A stretch of DNA of 54,383 nt from Candidatus Anstonellales archaeon (GCA_038740615.1 JAVYLQ010000002.1:1-54383); one strand, 5' to 3'. Shown: positions 9,406-18,696, counted from the first letter of the stretch. The notes: generated by a model not told the origin, from the letters alone. A program made the numbers and translations.

Positions 9406-9898
9406 GGCTACTGGACCTAAATATAGAGTTCACTTTAGGAGAAGAAGAGAGGGAAAAACTAATTATGCTAAGAGACTTAGATTACTCAAATCTGGTCTTC
9501 CCAGATTAGTTGTTAGAAAAACCAATACTAGAGTTATAGCAAGTATAGTAAGATTTGCAGAGAAGGGGGATATTACTGAGATTTATGTTGATGGGAAATA
9601 TCTTAGAAAAATGGGTTGGAAAGGTAGTTTGAAGAGTATAGCTGCAGCATATTTGATCGGTTTAAAGATAGGTAAAGAAGCTGTTAGTAGAAACATACAG
9701 AAAGCTGTATTAGATATTGGATTGCATACACCTACTAAGAACAATTTCTCTTTCTTTGTTGCTTATGGTGCTAAAGAGGCAGGATTAGATGTGAAAGTAC
9801 CTGAAGATTTAGATATGAGTAGAATTGAGAAATCGAAAACTTTTGACAAGAATGCATTTGAAAATATTAGAAAAATGATACTTGGTGATGTTAAATGA
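9398..9898 (+). CDS. rpl18: 50S ribosomal protein L18 (uL18)
   Basis: YRVHFRRRREGKTNYAKRLRLLKSG..RLVVRKTN is typical archaeal uL18. Confidence 0.92.
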   Translation: MARATGPKYRVHFRRRREGKTNYAKRLRLLKSGLPRLVVRKTNTRVIASIVRFAEKGDITEIYVDGKYLRKMGWKGSLKSIAAAYLIGLKIGKEAVSRNIQKAVLDIGLHTPTKNNFSFFVAYGAKEAGLDVKVPEDLDMSRIEKSKTFDKNAFENIRKMILGDVK

Positions 9899-10479
9899 TG
9901 GAAGATTGGGTACCTAAGACCGAGCTTGGTAAGGCAGTTAAAGCAGGAACATATAAAAATATAGATGAAGTGCTGGCTACAGGTAAACCTATATTAGAGC
10001 ATGAGATTGTAGATTATTTATTACCAAATCTTAAATCTGAGATATTAGAAATTAGAGCTACTCAGAGAGTTACTGATTCCGGAAGGAAAACTGCATATAA
10101 AGTGTTAGCTGTAGTTGGAGATGAGAATGGACATGTTGGTTATGGAATTGGAAAATCTGCTGAGTTAGCAATTGCCAGAGATAAGGCTGTGAACAATGCT
10201 AAGAGAAATATAATATCTATTAAAAGAGGATGTGGATCTTGGGAGTGTAGATGTGAATTAGAACACTCTATTCCAAAGAAAGTATCCGCAAAAGTTAGTG
10301 CTACTTATGTAGAATTGTTACCCGCCCCTAGGGGTCTTGGTCTAGCAGCTAATGATAATCTAAAGGTGATCCTATCTCTAGCTGGGGTAAAAGATGTGTG
10401 GAGTAGTGTCAGAGGATCAAAATCTAACATCCAATCCCTAGTGGCTGCAACTTTCAAAGCTCTTAAACAATTATATTGA
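9895..10479 (+). CDS. rps5: 30S ribosomal protein S5 (uS5)
   Basis: RVTDSGRKTAYKVLAVVGDENGHVGYGIGKS...APRGLGLAA is typical uS5. Confidence 0.92.
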   Translation: MMEDWVPKTELGKAVKAGTYKNIDEVLATGKPILEHEIVDYLLPNLKSEILEIRATQRVTDSGRKTAYKVLAVVGDENGHVGYGIGKSAELAIARDKAVNNAKRNIISIKRGCGSWECRCELEHSIPKKVSAKVSATYVELLPAPRGLGLAANDNLKVILSLAGVKDVWSSVRGSKSNIQSLVAATFKALKQLY

Positions 10480-10490
10480 GGTGAATTGTT

Positions 10491-10895
10491 ATGATAGCCA
10501 TCATTAGAGTTAGAGGTAGATTTGGTCTGAAACCTAAAATCGCAGAAACTTTGAGATTGCTCAGATTGAACAAACCAAATCACTGTGTTGTATACAAGGA
10601 CAGCGAATCTCTAAGAGGTATGTTAAAGGTAGTAGAGAATTATGTTGCTTATGGGGAGATTAATGAAATTACTCTTAGAGCTCTGATTAGTAAAAGAGGT
10701 GAGATAGGTAGTAAAAGTGTTGATAATGTTGATGAGGTTATTGAACACTTCAAGAACACTGGTAAATGGATTATAGATCCTGTATTTAGATTACACCCTC
10801 CAAGAGGAGGATGGAAATCTATAAAGGAGAGATACCCTAAAGGTGCTTTGGGTAAACGTGATGATATGGATGATCTGTTAAAGAGGATGATGTGA
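10491..10895 (+). CDS. rpl30: 50S ribosomal protein L30 (uL30)
   Basis: IAIIRVRGRFGLKPKIAETLRLLRLNKPNH is typical uL30. Confidence 0.9.
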   Translation: MIAIIRVRGRFGLKPKIAETLRLLRLNKPNHCVVYKDSESLRGMLKVVENYVAYGEINEITLRALISKRGEIGSKSVDNVDEVIEHFKNTGKWIIDPVFRLHPPRGGWKSIKERYPKGALGKRDDMDDLLKRMM

Positions 10896-10896
10896 T

Positions 10897-11316
10897 ATGG
10901 TCAAAAGAGTGAAGAAAACTAAGAAGACTAAAAAACTAGGGCATAGGACGTTTGGTAGAGGTAATGTTAAGAACAGGAGAGGATCTGGTAATAGGGGTGG
11001 ATTTGGTAAAGCAGGATTCTGGAAACATGAGAAAACTGCATGGTTAAAGGATAAGGAGAAATTCCTCAAACAGAGAAAAGGATTTGTATCCAAGCGGGAG
11101 AAGCTACCTTCGATAAATCTATACCATATTCAGAGAATGATAGAGAGGGGAGAAATAGAGAGAGAAGGGGATGTCTATAAATATAGATTTGAAGGAAAGT
11201 TACTAGGTACAGGTGAATTAGACTATCCTGTTGTTATAGAGGTTATATCTGCTTCCAATAGGGCAAGAGAGAAAGTTCAGAAAGCTGGTGGAAAAGTAGT
11301 TGAGATAGGTAAATGA
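10897..11316 (+). CDS. rpl15: 50S ribosomal protein L15 (uL15)
   Basis: Basic Gly-rich N-terminus RGSGNRGGFGKAG and operon position before secY. Confidence 0.88.
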   Translation: MVKRVKKTKKTKKLGHRTFGRGNVKNRRGSGNRGGFGKAGFWKHEKTAWLKDKEKFLKQRKGFVSKREKLPSINLYHIQRMIERGEIEREGDVYKYRFEGKLLGTGELDYPVVIEVISASNRAREKVQKAGGKVVEIGK

Positions 11317-12713
11317 TAGAGACTCTAGCAAAATTCCATAAATACCTACCTGCCATAGCATCACCTAAATTGCCACCAAGTTTAGTGGATAAATTCAAAT
11401 ATACTGCTATCATCTTGTTTTTGTATTTTCTCATGTATCATACTTTTGTAATAGGTGTTAAGGGAATAGATACAAGTGTAAATATAATTTCTACTCTAAC
11501 AGCATCTAGAATAGGAACACTGTTAACTCTAGGGATTGCACCTATGATAATAGCTAGCCTATTGTTACAGCTATTAGTTAAAGGAGGGGCTATACAATTT
11601 GATCTCTCTAATGCTAAGAACCAGAAAATCTTTCAGGAAGCTCAGGTTACATTCGCAATAATAATCGCAATCTTCCAAGGAATATTCTCAAGTGTTTCGA
11701 TGGTTGGATTTGATGGATTCGGTCCATTTGTTGCTGATAGTTTCAGGGGAAATTCTATTGTGTTCTTGATAGTTCTGATTCAGATAGTTCTTGGAGCAGT
11801 AATAGTAATATATTTGGATCAGATATCTACTAAATATGGACTCACCTCAGGGATATCGCTATTCATAGCTGCTGGAGTTTCCTATTCGATATTATCTCTC
11901 CTAGGATACCTAATGCTGGATGAGTTCATAGGTATAATTCCAAATCTATTGTCTCAAGCAGGTATAGATAGATTGCAATTTATAATTATCCAATTTATAC
12001 CTATCTTAACCACATTCCTGGCGATATATGTAATAGCTTATATTCAATCTTACAAGCTACCCATACCTATTAATATAGCTGGGCAGAGTAGAAAGATAGA
12101 ATTGCCTTTTTTCTACCTAACTACAATTCCAGTAATATTCAGCTCTGCGCTTCTATTCATATTCTATCAATTAGGTGTATCGATGATAAGTGTACCTGGA
12201 GAGGGATTGTTAGTTGATATCGTAAGAATAATTGGAGGTGTTCTTTATATCTTGGGTCCTGTGGTTCATAGCTATAATATGTCTGAATATATAGCAATTC
12301 TATTTACAGCAAAAACACCTATATTAGGATTGCCAGAATATTTACACCTGATTATATATATCATAGCTATGGCATTGTTGAGTATGGTATTTGGAGTTAT
12401 ATGGGCTGAAACCACGGGTCAGGATGGAAAATCTGTTGCAAAACTACTATCAAACAATCCAAATATAAGCTTAGAGGGATACAGGAGAGATCCAAGACTC
12501 CTAGAGCGAAAAATTACTGAATATGTAGATGGTCTAATAAGATTGAGCTCATTTACTATAGGTTTAATAGCTGGAATAGGAGATGCACTTCTGGTTCTAG
12601 GAACGGCCACAGGAATACTTTTGATGATATCTATTTATGATAGAATGATCCCTCAGATAAAGGAATTCCTAAAGATATATTATCCACCACTGATTAGGAT
12701 ACTTGGTGAATGA
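11313..12713 (+). CDS. secY: preprotein translocase subunit SecY
   Basis: 466-aa, 10-TM protein in the canonical position after L15. Archaeal SecY/Sec61alpha-like N-terminus (LPAIASPKLPPSLVDKFKYT). Confidence 0.9.
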   Translation: MIETLAKFHKYLPAIASPKLPPSLVDKFKYTAIILFLYFLMYHTFVIGVKGIDTSVNIISTLTASRIGTLLTLGIAPMIIASLLLQLLVKGGAIQFDLSNAKNQKIFQEAQVTFAIIIAIFQGIFSSVSMVGFDGFGPFVADSFRGNSIVFLIVLIQIVLGAVIVIYLDQISTKYGLTSGISLFIAAGVSYSILSLLGYLMLDEFIGIIPNLLSQAGIDRLQFIIIQFIPILTTFLAIYVIAYIQSYKLPIPINIAGQSRKIELPFFYLTTIPVIFSSALLFIFYQLGVSMISVPGEGLLVDIVRIIGGVLYILGPVVHSYNMSEYIAILFTAKTPILGLPEYLHLIIYIIAMALLSMVFGVIWAETTGQDGKSVAKLLSNNPNISLEGYRRDPRLLERKITEYVDGLIRLSSFTIGLIAGIGDALLVLGTATGILLMISIYDRMIPQIKEFLKIYYPPLIRILGE

Positions 12714-12714
12714 T

Positions 12715-13302
12715 ATGATTATTGTGATTACGGGTTTGCCTGGAGCAGGTAAGACTACTACTATAAATGAGGTCATGAAGAGATTAGGTGATAAGATAGA
12801 GGTAATATCTTTTGGTACAGAGATGATGAGAATTGTGGAGAGTAAATATGGGATCAAACACAGAGATGAGATTAGGAAGAAACTAACCCCTTCTCAGATT
12901 GAAGAGGTTCAGATAGAAGTTGCTAGAAGAATTCAGGAAATAGCTAATACTACTAAAAAATTAATCCTTGTAGATACTCATGCAGCAATTAAAACTGAAT
13001 TTGGATATATGCCTGGAATTCACGATGCAATGCTAAACAATATGGAAATTGCATCTTTTATCTATATAACTACTAAATACGAGGAGATATTGCTAAGGAG
13101 GGCGAAGGATAGTTCAAGATATAGAGATGAAGAAGACAAGGTTGAGATATCGTTGCATAATGAAATGAACCTAGCAGTTCTAAGCTCATGTTCTATCAAA
13201 ACAGGTGCTCCGGTGAAGATAATTATAAATAGAGATGGTGAACTAGAAAGAGCTGTTGAGGATCTACAGGAATATCTGCTAAAATGGATTCACCAGAACT
13301 AG
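12715..13302 (+). CDS. adkA: adenylate kinase, archaeal type
   Basis: P-loop ITGLPGAGKTT at the N-terminus and the canonical position after secY. ATG 12715 lies 1 nt after the secY stop; the track start 12703 is an alternative codon. Confidence 0.85.
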   Translation: MIIVITGLPGAGKTTTINEVMKRLGDKIEVISFGTEMMRIVESKYGIKHRDEIRKKLTPSQIEEVQIEVARRIQEIANTTKKLILVDTHAAIKTEFGYMPGIHDAMLNNMEIASFIYITTKYEEILLRRAKDSSRYRDEEDKVEISLHNEMNLAVLSSCSIKTGAPVKIIINRDGELERAVEDLQEYLLKWIHQN

Positions 13303-13871
13303 ATCTCTGGATTATATTTGTATTAGCTCTTATTTACTCTTCGATTTCGGTATTTTTTATAGCTAGGCAAGATTTCTACAAGAAGTATCAGGAAAGTGGT
13401 AAGAGATATTGGGAAGAATATATAGGGTTTCTGAAAGATGGATTGAAAATGACTCCTGAACAGATTGAGGAACGTAAGAAATTGTTGAATTCGCTGTTGA
13501 TGGAGCAATTTAAAAATATGCTAAAGATAAGTGTGGTATATTTGATAATGTTCTTAGGTGCAGCAAGTATAATCCAGTTCCTGATTGTAGAATCCCCAGC
13601 CAATCATCCATATGGGAGCATATGTATTGTTGATAATAAATATATATATGAGAACGGTGTTTATAAAGTTCCAGATTTATTCCATGATCAGATTGTTCAA
13701 GATATTAATCCAGAGAGCTATGTATGTCCTAGAGCAATTCTCTATCTACCTTTTCCTATACTAAATCTTCGATATGTGGTTGGTGAGATTAAGATATTTA
13801 TATTTTTTGTCATAATTATATCAATAATCTTAGGTATATTAAAGAAAAGAATTATGAAGATGGGCCCTTAG
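13284..13871 (+). CDS. membrane protein, probable DUF106/YidC-Oxa1-like insertase homolog
   Basis: Three TMs with a charged helical segment between TM1 and TM2, in the conserved archaeal secY-adk-DUF106 synteny position. The call rests on architecture and position only. The last 10 nt overlap tRNA-Ala. Confidence 0.5.
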   Translation: MDSPELDLWIIFVLALIYSSISVFFIARQDFYKKYQESGKRYWEEYIGFLKDGLKMTPEQIEERKKLLNSLLMEQFKNMLKISVVYLIMFLGAASIIQFLIVESPANHPYGSICIVDNKYIYENGVYKVPDLFHDQIVQDINPESYVCPRAILYLPFPILNLRYVVGEIKIFIFFVIIISIILGILKKRIMKMGP

Positions 13872-13933
13872 ATCAGTGGTAGATCGCTCCCTTGGCATGG
13901 GAGAGGCCGGGGGTTCGAATCCCCCAGGGTCCA
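13862..13933 (+). tRNA. tRNA-Ala (anticodon GGC)
   Basis: GGGCCCT-TA-GATC..GATC-G-CTCCC-TTGGCAT-GGGAG-AGGCC-GGGGG-TTCGAAT-CCCCC-AGGGTCC-A. The G3:U70 identity pair is present. Confidence 0.9.
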
Positions 13934-13983
13934 ATATCTATACATAAGACATATTATTTCTTATAACAAATCAATCCGGATAG

Positions 13984-14057
13984 AGCCCCAGGAGGGATTT
14001 GAACCCTCGACCTACCGCTTACGAGGCGGTCGCTCTACCAGGCTGAGCTACTGAGGC
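13984..14057 (-). tRNA. tRNA-Thr (anticodon CGU)
   Basis: Identical to the tRNA-Thr at 5216..5289 except for anticodon position 34 (C instead of U). Confidence 0.9.
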
Positions 14058-14560
14058 ATAGATATCGATTCATTATAATATCTTATATTTTCCTTTAAAA
14101 TCTCTAACAGAGTTTTTCTATAATTTTCCATAACCGAATCTATATCTCTATAAATTATTGGATTGTATCTCGAGCGTATTTCTAATATATTACCAATCTC
14201 CTCATCGTAATTTATCACTATACGCTTCAACCTACTATCATCTGAAATTATCTTACGTCGTGTTAAATCGATCGCAATTCTTGATGAACTATCCTTTTTT
14301 AACACATACATAAGATCCTCCAAGAATTCTAATATATTTTGTATAAAATATTCTATATAGATTACTCTATGGACTGCAACATTGTCCTCAAGAGCAATCT
14401 CCTTTATCTGCTTATTAAAATTCTCACGGATTGAATTTAATCTCTCTATAGCATCTCCGATTGGAATGCTCTTATCCTCCAGAGTTCTCTTTATCTCTGT
14501 ATACGTATCTAGAAACAGTTTTTCTCTTGTGATACTATTATTTAATTTCTCTCTATTCAT
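14048..14560 (-). CDS. hypothetical protein (ORFan, helical)
   Basis: 170-aa ORF that overlaps the upstream 661-aa ORF by 8 nt. Its TAG stop is formed by tRNA-Thr positions 8-10. Confidence 0.5.
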   Translation of the reverse strand: MNREKLNNSITREKLFLDTYTEIKRTLEDKSIPIGDAIERLNSIRENFNKQIKEIALEDNVAVHRVIYIEYFIQNILEFLEDLMYVLKKDSSSRIAIDLTRRKIISDDSRLKRIVINYDEEIGNILEIRSRYNPIIYRDIDSVMENYRKTLLEILKENIRYYNESISMPQ

Positions 14561-16538
14561 AGAAAGTCACTCCAAAGGAATTACCGCTTATGGGCTCAGC
14601 CTGACGCAAGAATCTCAGATTCAATTCTGCAGCTCTACTCTCCAGGTATTTATCCCCTATTTCTACGTATGGTACTTTTAAATTTTCATAGGCAGAACTG
14701 TAATATAGATTATTTCTGCTCAATACTAACTCCCCATTCAATAACGCCAATCTGAATATAACTCTGGCTACAGGTTTACTAAATTTTTTACTCTCTATTA
14801 CTAGGACTTTACTATTAGGATCTGCTGCCAATCCAAATAGTTCTAGTCTTTTCTCGGGATGCCCGTCATATCTTAAACATGAATTACTATTATTTAATAT
14901 CTCTTGTATCCTAAGGATCCTCTCAAAATCCCCTATTTCATATATCCGTATCCAAAATTGATCTATACTATCGATTATCTCTCTTATCCTACTATTCTGA
15001 CGCTTTGTTACACTTTCTATAACATTCATCATATTATTCAAATAGTTTTTCATTTTCTGAATATCTTGAGGATTTGTAGGTTTAGTTAAGAGAATATTTC
15101 TAAAGTTATTCAAATTCTCCCTGTATTTTCTTCTCTGTTCTTCACTGATATTTGATCGATTCAGAAATAACTGATTATATGATTCTAGCTCAGAGATCAC
15201 CCCTAAGTTAATCTGTTCGAATGCGTCCCAATAGAACATATAATTATCTTCCTTCTTATCATCTATCCAATCTTTAGGATTCTTCAATCTTAGATATAGT
15301 AGATTTTCTCTGTTTAAGAATCTATTATCGTATCTGAATAGGTGCCTATTCTCCGCCTTTTTATAGTCCCTAACGTAATCCTGCATTACATTAAAATTAT
15401 CTATAACGTGCGTGTTATCCAGTTCTAATTGAACATCATTCTTTTGAGTTATAAATCCAAATATAACATCGACCATCTCAATATCTCTCCTATTAAGCTG
15501 CGTTCTAAGCTCTTCTAATATATCGTTTTCATCTCTAATAGTTCTGTTATATTCATTTAATCCATATAGTTTAGCTACATCTATAGCAAGAGCTAATAGT
15601 CTTGGAGGAATCTTATGGTTTTTGGTTAGAATACTATAAGAAATTGAGATATCTTTTGTAATAGTATGGAATAATTCTCTATTAAATGTGTTCTTTGAAT
15701 AGTAATCACCTGTTATTTTTAATATCGATTCCACCATAGACATTTCCTGGTCAGATTTAATATGAGTTAATAGAGTTGCAACCAGAGATATATTGTGAGT
15801 AATCTCCATTAATCTAATCATATACATGATGGATTTAGAATTGTTCAGATTGAATTGACTTAAGTAATTATTAGATACTACGTATTCAATTAATTTCTCC
15901 TTGTCATAAGGATAGTCTTGTATTGCTCTATAGAAACTTATAACCTTTCTCAACCCTACTTTTGGGTTTGTGATTCCATAATTCAGCAATCTTATTAGTG
16001 CATAGTCTTCTGACTCCAATCCTAATTTTAAATAATCCTCTATAAATGTTTTAACCCAGCTCTCACCTACGCCGGATATAAAACCTAAATCCCTGAACAT
16101 CAATCTGTAATGTAGTGTCGTGAGCTGAGATTTTATATCGCTATACAATCTACCAAATGTATATTTGGGTTTTATAGAGAGTTCTTCCTCTAGTGCTATA
16201 TTGAGCATAGGTATAAATAGTTCGGGTATAGCTAGTCCGTATTTTATTCGCTCTGGCCAATCAAACAATCTCATTGTTCCATAACTCAATATCAATAATT
16301 TAAAGAATTCATATTCAGATTGCTTGAGTCGCAAATCTCCTTTAGAATATGTATCTAATATATGCCTGTAAACTCTTCTCATGTTCTCAGTTGGTAACAC
16401 GGAGAAGGTCATCAATTCTCTTGAAGTATACTCTCTCTTTTTAATAGCATAGTTTTCTATAAAATTTGCTATGTATCTGTTGTTCAATAGTATTGGTGGA
16501 GCGTAATCAACCAGTGCTCTATACACCATCTCTCTCAT
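14553..16538 (-). CDS. hypothetical large soluble protein (ORFan)
   Basis: Long uninterrupted 661-aa ORF with no TM segment and no motif I recognise. Confidence 0.6.
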   Translation of the reverse strand: MREMVYRALVDYAPPILLNNRYIANFIENYAIKKREYTSRELMTFSVLPTENMRRVYRHILDTYSKGDLRLKQSEYEFFKLLILSYGTMRLFDWPERIKYGLAIPELFIPMLNIALEEELSIKPKYTFGRLYSDIKSQLTTLHYRLMFRDLGFISGVGESWVKTFIEDYLKLGLESEDYALIRLLNYGITNPKVGLRKVISFYRAIQDYPYDKEKLIEYVVSNNYLSQFNLNNSKSIMYMIRLMEITHNISLVATLLTHIKSDQEMSMVESILKITGDYYSKNTFNRELFHTITKDISISYSILTKNHKIPPRLLALAIDVAKLYGLNEYNRTIRDENDILEELRTQLNRRDIEMVDVIFGFITQKNDVQLELDNTHVIDNFNVMQDYVRDYKKAENRHLFRYDNRFLNRENLLYLRLKNPKDWIDDKKEDNYMFYWDAFEQINLGVISELESYNQLFLNRSNISEEQRRKYRENLNNFRNILLTKPTNPQDIQKMKNYLNNMMNVIESVTKRQNSRIREIIDSIDQFWIRIYEIGDFERILRIQEILNNSNSCLRYDGHPEKRLELFGLAADPNSKVLVIESKKFSKPVARVIFRLALLNGELVLSRNNLYYSSAYENLKVPYVEIGDKYLESRAAELNLRFLRQAEPISGNSFGVTFYE

Positions 16539-16651
16539 AGTCTCACCTCTGAGATACGATTACAATAACTAGAGAGCAACATTCACTGATAATCTAAGTT
16601 GCTACCATTTTTGATAACATATATATCATATTAGTTATATCTGTTTGAATA

Positions 16652-16660
16652 TTTTTAAAA
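16652..16660 (+). promoter_or_regulatory. TATA-like box TTTTTAAAA upstream of tRNA-Ile
   Basis: Spans -32..-24 relative to tRNA position 1 at 16684. Confidence 0.45.
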
Positions 16661-16683
16661 TGTTTTGTTTTAGAATAAATTAA

Positions 16684-16758
16684 GGGCCTGTAGCTCAGCT
16701 AGGTACGAGCGCTCGACTGATAATCGAGAGGTCGTGGGTTCAAATCCCACCAGGCCCA
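16684..16758 (+). tRNA. tRNA-Ile (anticodon GAU)
   Basis: GGGCCTG-TA-GCTC..GAGC-G-CTCGA-CTGATAA-TCGAG-AGGTC-GTGGG-TTCAAAT-CCCAC-CAGGCCC-A. Confidence 0.9.
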
Positions 16759-16771
16759 TTGGTGGTGTGAT

Positions 16772-16924
16772 ATGGGTAAGATACCTGAGGCAAATGCAGA
16801 ATTGTTGGCTATAAAGATATGTTTAGATTGCAAAACTAAAAACAATATAAACGCAACTAGATGCAGAAAATGTGGTGGAACTAGGTTTAGGAAGAAGGAC
16901 TTAGCACCAAGAGTTAAGAAATAA
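16772..16924 (+). CDS. rpl40e: 50S ribosomal protein L40e
   Basis: Not in the ORF track (50 aa): MGKIPEANAELLAIKICLDCKTKNNINATRCRKCGGTRFRKKDLAPRVKK. CxxC...CxxC zinc ribbon and the L40e N-terminal pattern. GGTGGTG Shine-Dalgarno lies directly after tRNA-Ile. Confidence 0.85.
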   Translation: MGKIPEANAELLAIKICLDCKTKNNINATRCRKCGGTRFRKKDLAPRVKK

Positions 16925-16980
16925 TTCTTGAAAATTTAGTAGTAAATATAAATAAAAAAAGATTGGTTGTTAGAATTAAT

Positions 16981-17913
16981 ATGGCTTCAAAGTTTTCAAA
17001 TAAAGTTATTGAAGAAGCTTCAGAGAGAATAGTTAAAAAGTTAGAATATGTTATCTCCAAGGAGAATGAAGGTAGAATCTTAAAATCAGAGATTGATATT
17101 TCCAAAGATAGGGATATGATCAAAAGTATGTTTAGAGAGATACTCCAAAAATCTAAGGAGAATGCATATAGAGATTATTCAAGGTTGATCAGCAATGATC
17201 ATAAAAAATTTGAAGATCTATATGATGATTTAATGAAAAAGTTGTTCATAAATAGTGATGATTATCTAAGACCTAATATAAGGATAGGACATGATCTTAT
17301 GATATTCAACCTCACATATGTATTCCAACTCTATCTAGCAAAATTAGAGAAAAATCTCCCAGAGTATTTGATAAAAATTATGGAATTATTAAAGATGATT
17401 AATAATGTAAACTCTTATATGTATTCAATTATATCTGCATATGCTTCTAGGCTGGATGAAAGGAAATTAGATAAAATAAATATATTCAATAGTGAGGAAA
17501 TTGTTGTTCTGTCTTTTTCTATGAACTTTAACAAAAAATATTTAGAACTAGTTACTCCTGGTCTCTTTCAGACCGAAACCATCAACAATAAATATCTAGA
17601 AGAGAACGCCAAACATATAAATCTCACAAAACTAAATAATGATTCTGTAATAAGTTTATCAACCGCCACCTATGATTTTCTGATCAAACTAGCAAAACAG
17701 ATCAAAAGACTAGAGAATCTAGATTTAAATCAGAATACCATTACTTATAAGAATAAACAACTAAAACCTCTATTAGCTCTTGTAAGACATCTTGCAGGAC
17801 TTGGTGATATGGCTATTCGCATCAAAAAATTAGATGATGTAACTAGTCAAGGCATTCTGTATATGAACTTCATTGGATTAGATAATCCTCATTCAGATAA
17901 CATTACAGCATAA
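16981..17913 (+). CDS. hypothetical protein (ORFan, helical)
   Basis: 311 aa counted from ATG 16981. An ATATAAAT box lies about 30 nt upstream. The track start 16963 is a TTG. Confidence 0.5.
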   Translation: MASKFSNKVIEEASERIVKKLEYVISKENEGRILKSEIDISKDRDMIKSMFREILQKSKENAYRDYSRLISNDHKKFEDLYDDLMKKLFINSDDYLRPNIRIGHDLMIFNLTYVFQLYLAKLEKNLPEYLIKIMELLKMINNVNSYMYSIISAYASRLDERKLDKINIFNSEEIVVLSFSMNFNKKYLELVTPGLFQTETINNKYLEENAKHINLTKLNNDSVISLSTATYDFLIKLAKQIKRLENLDLNQNTITYKNKQLKPLLALVRHLAGLGDMAIRIKKLDDVTSQGILYMNFIGLDNPHSDNITA

Positions 17914-17916
17914 TCT

Positions 17917-17924
17917 TTTAAATA
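17917..17924 (+). promoter_or_regulatory. TATA-like box TTTTAAAT for ORF 17945
   Basis: Spans -28..-21 relative to the ATG at 17945. Confidence 0.4.
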
Positions 17925-17944
17925 GAAATATAAAAATATAATGT

Positions 17945-18685
17945 ATGTTAAAGAGTGATGGGGCATTTAAGGAGGATCTGAAAAAAGTGTTAGATGGGAT
18001 ATCTAATAGGATTGGAGAATTTAATATTGATAAAAATGTTGTCAATATCTCTAACTCTATATTGATACTTAATAAACATAAGAAAGAGGTTTTGGACCGA
18101 ATTAGAAAGCTATTGGAGGAGAATCGTGATAGATATAGGGACTTTTTGGACAGATTGACTAAGAGCAATATTCAGGAAATGCATGAGACTAATACAGGGG
18201 AAATATATGTGATAAATATCCCTTTAGATGAGATGATAAAAAGAAGTATATATCGAGAAGCACTTTACGATAATGTACGTTCGCAGAACCTCCAGGAATT
18301 GAATTATGAAATCTACAGACATTTATTATTAGATCTGCGTATCATACTAAGCTATACTAATTTTCTAATAGACGTTTTTGCCAACAGAGTTAGAGATGGG
18401 AACCTTAAAGACGGATTTGGTAAAAAAGAGGGACATATTCAAACGATCAATTTTCTACTAGGCTTTCTATCGCAAGAATTCCCAAAAATGGACGAGGAGC
18501 AGAGAAATCTATTTAGAGAATATCGAAAATTAATAGAAAACAATCTAAAAACTCTTGAAAACCCAGAGTATATTAAGGTTATCAGTAACTATACAGAATT
18601 GCAAAATACAAAATCCAGACTTGATGCAGAGATAGAAATAATGATGAAGGTTGAGCCTAAATTCATACCTACGCTCAAAGCTTAG
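17945..18685 (+). CDS. hypothetical protein (ORFan, helical)
   Basis: 246-aa ORF. Weak local resemblance to the preceding ORF (ENRDRYRDFLDRLTKSN versus ENAYRDYSRLISN). Confidence 0.5.
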   Translation: MLKSDGAFKEDLKKVLDGISNRIGEFNIDKNVVNISNSILILNKHKKEVLDRIRKLLEENRDRYRDFLDRLTKSNIQEMHETNTGEIYVINIPLDEMIKRSIYREALYDNVRSQNLQELNYEIYRHLLLDLRIILSYTNFLIDVFANRVRDGNLKDGFGKKEGHIQTINFLLGFLSQEFPKMDEEQRNLFREYRKLIENNLKTLENPEYIKVISNYTELQNTKSRLDAEIEIMMKVEPKFIPTLKA

Positions 18686-18686
18686 A

Positions 18687-18696
18687 TTTTTTAAAG
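18687..18696 (+). promoter_or_regulatory. TATA-like box TTTTTTAAAG upstream of tRNA-Gln
   Basis: Spans -31..-22 relative to tRNA position 1 at 18718, and directly follows the stop codon of ORF 17945..18685. Confidence 0.45.

Noticed and set aside
5715-13603. Numerous minus-strand ORFs inside the ribosomal/SecY/Adk block (5715..5996, 6308..6502, 7177..7707, 8958..9356, 10305..10583, 10878..11093, 11243..11434, 12419..12610, 12669..12857, 13323..13603)
   Set aside because: All are antisense to strongly supported ribosomal or translocon genes. They arise from purine-rich codon usage leaving the opposite strand open.
14048-18685. ORFan island considered as an integrated virus, plasmid or defence island
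   Set aside because: There is no integrase, recombinase, capsid, nuclease, ATPase or att-like repeat, and no visible compositional shift. It is kept only as an unexplained lineage-specific island.
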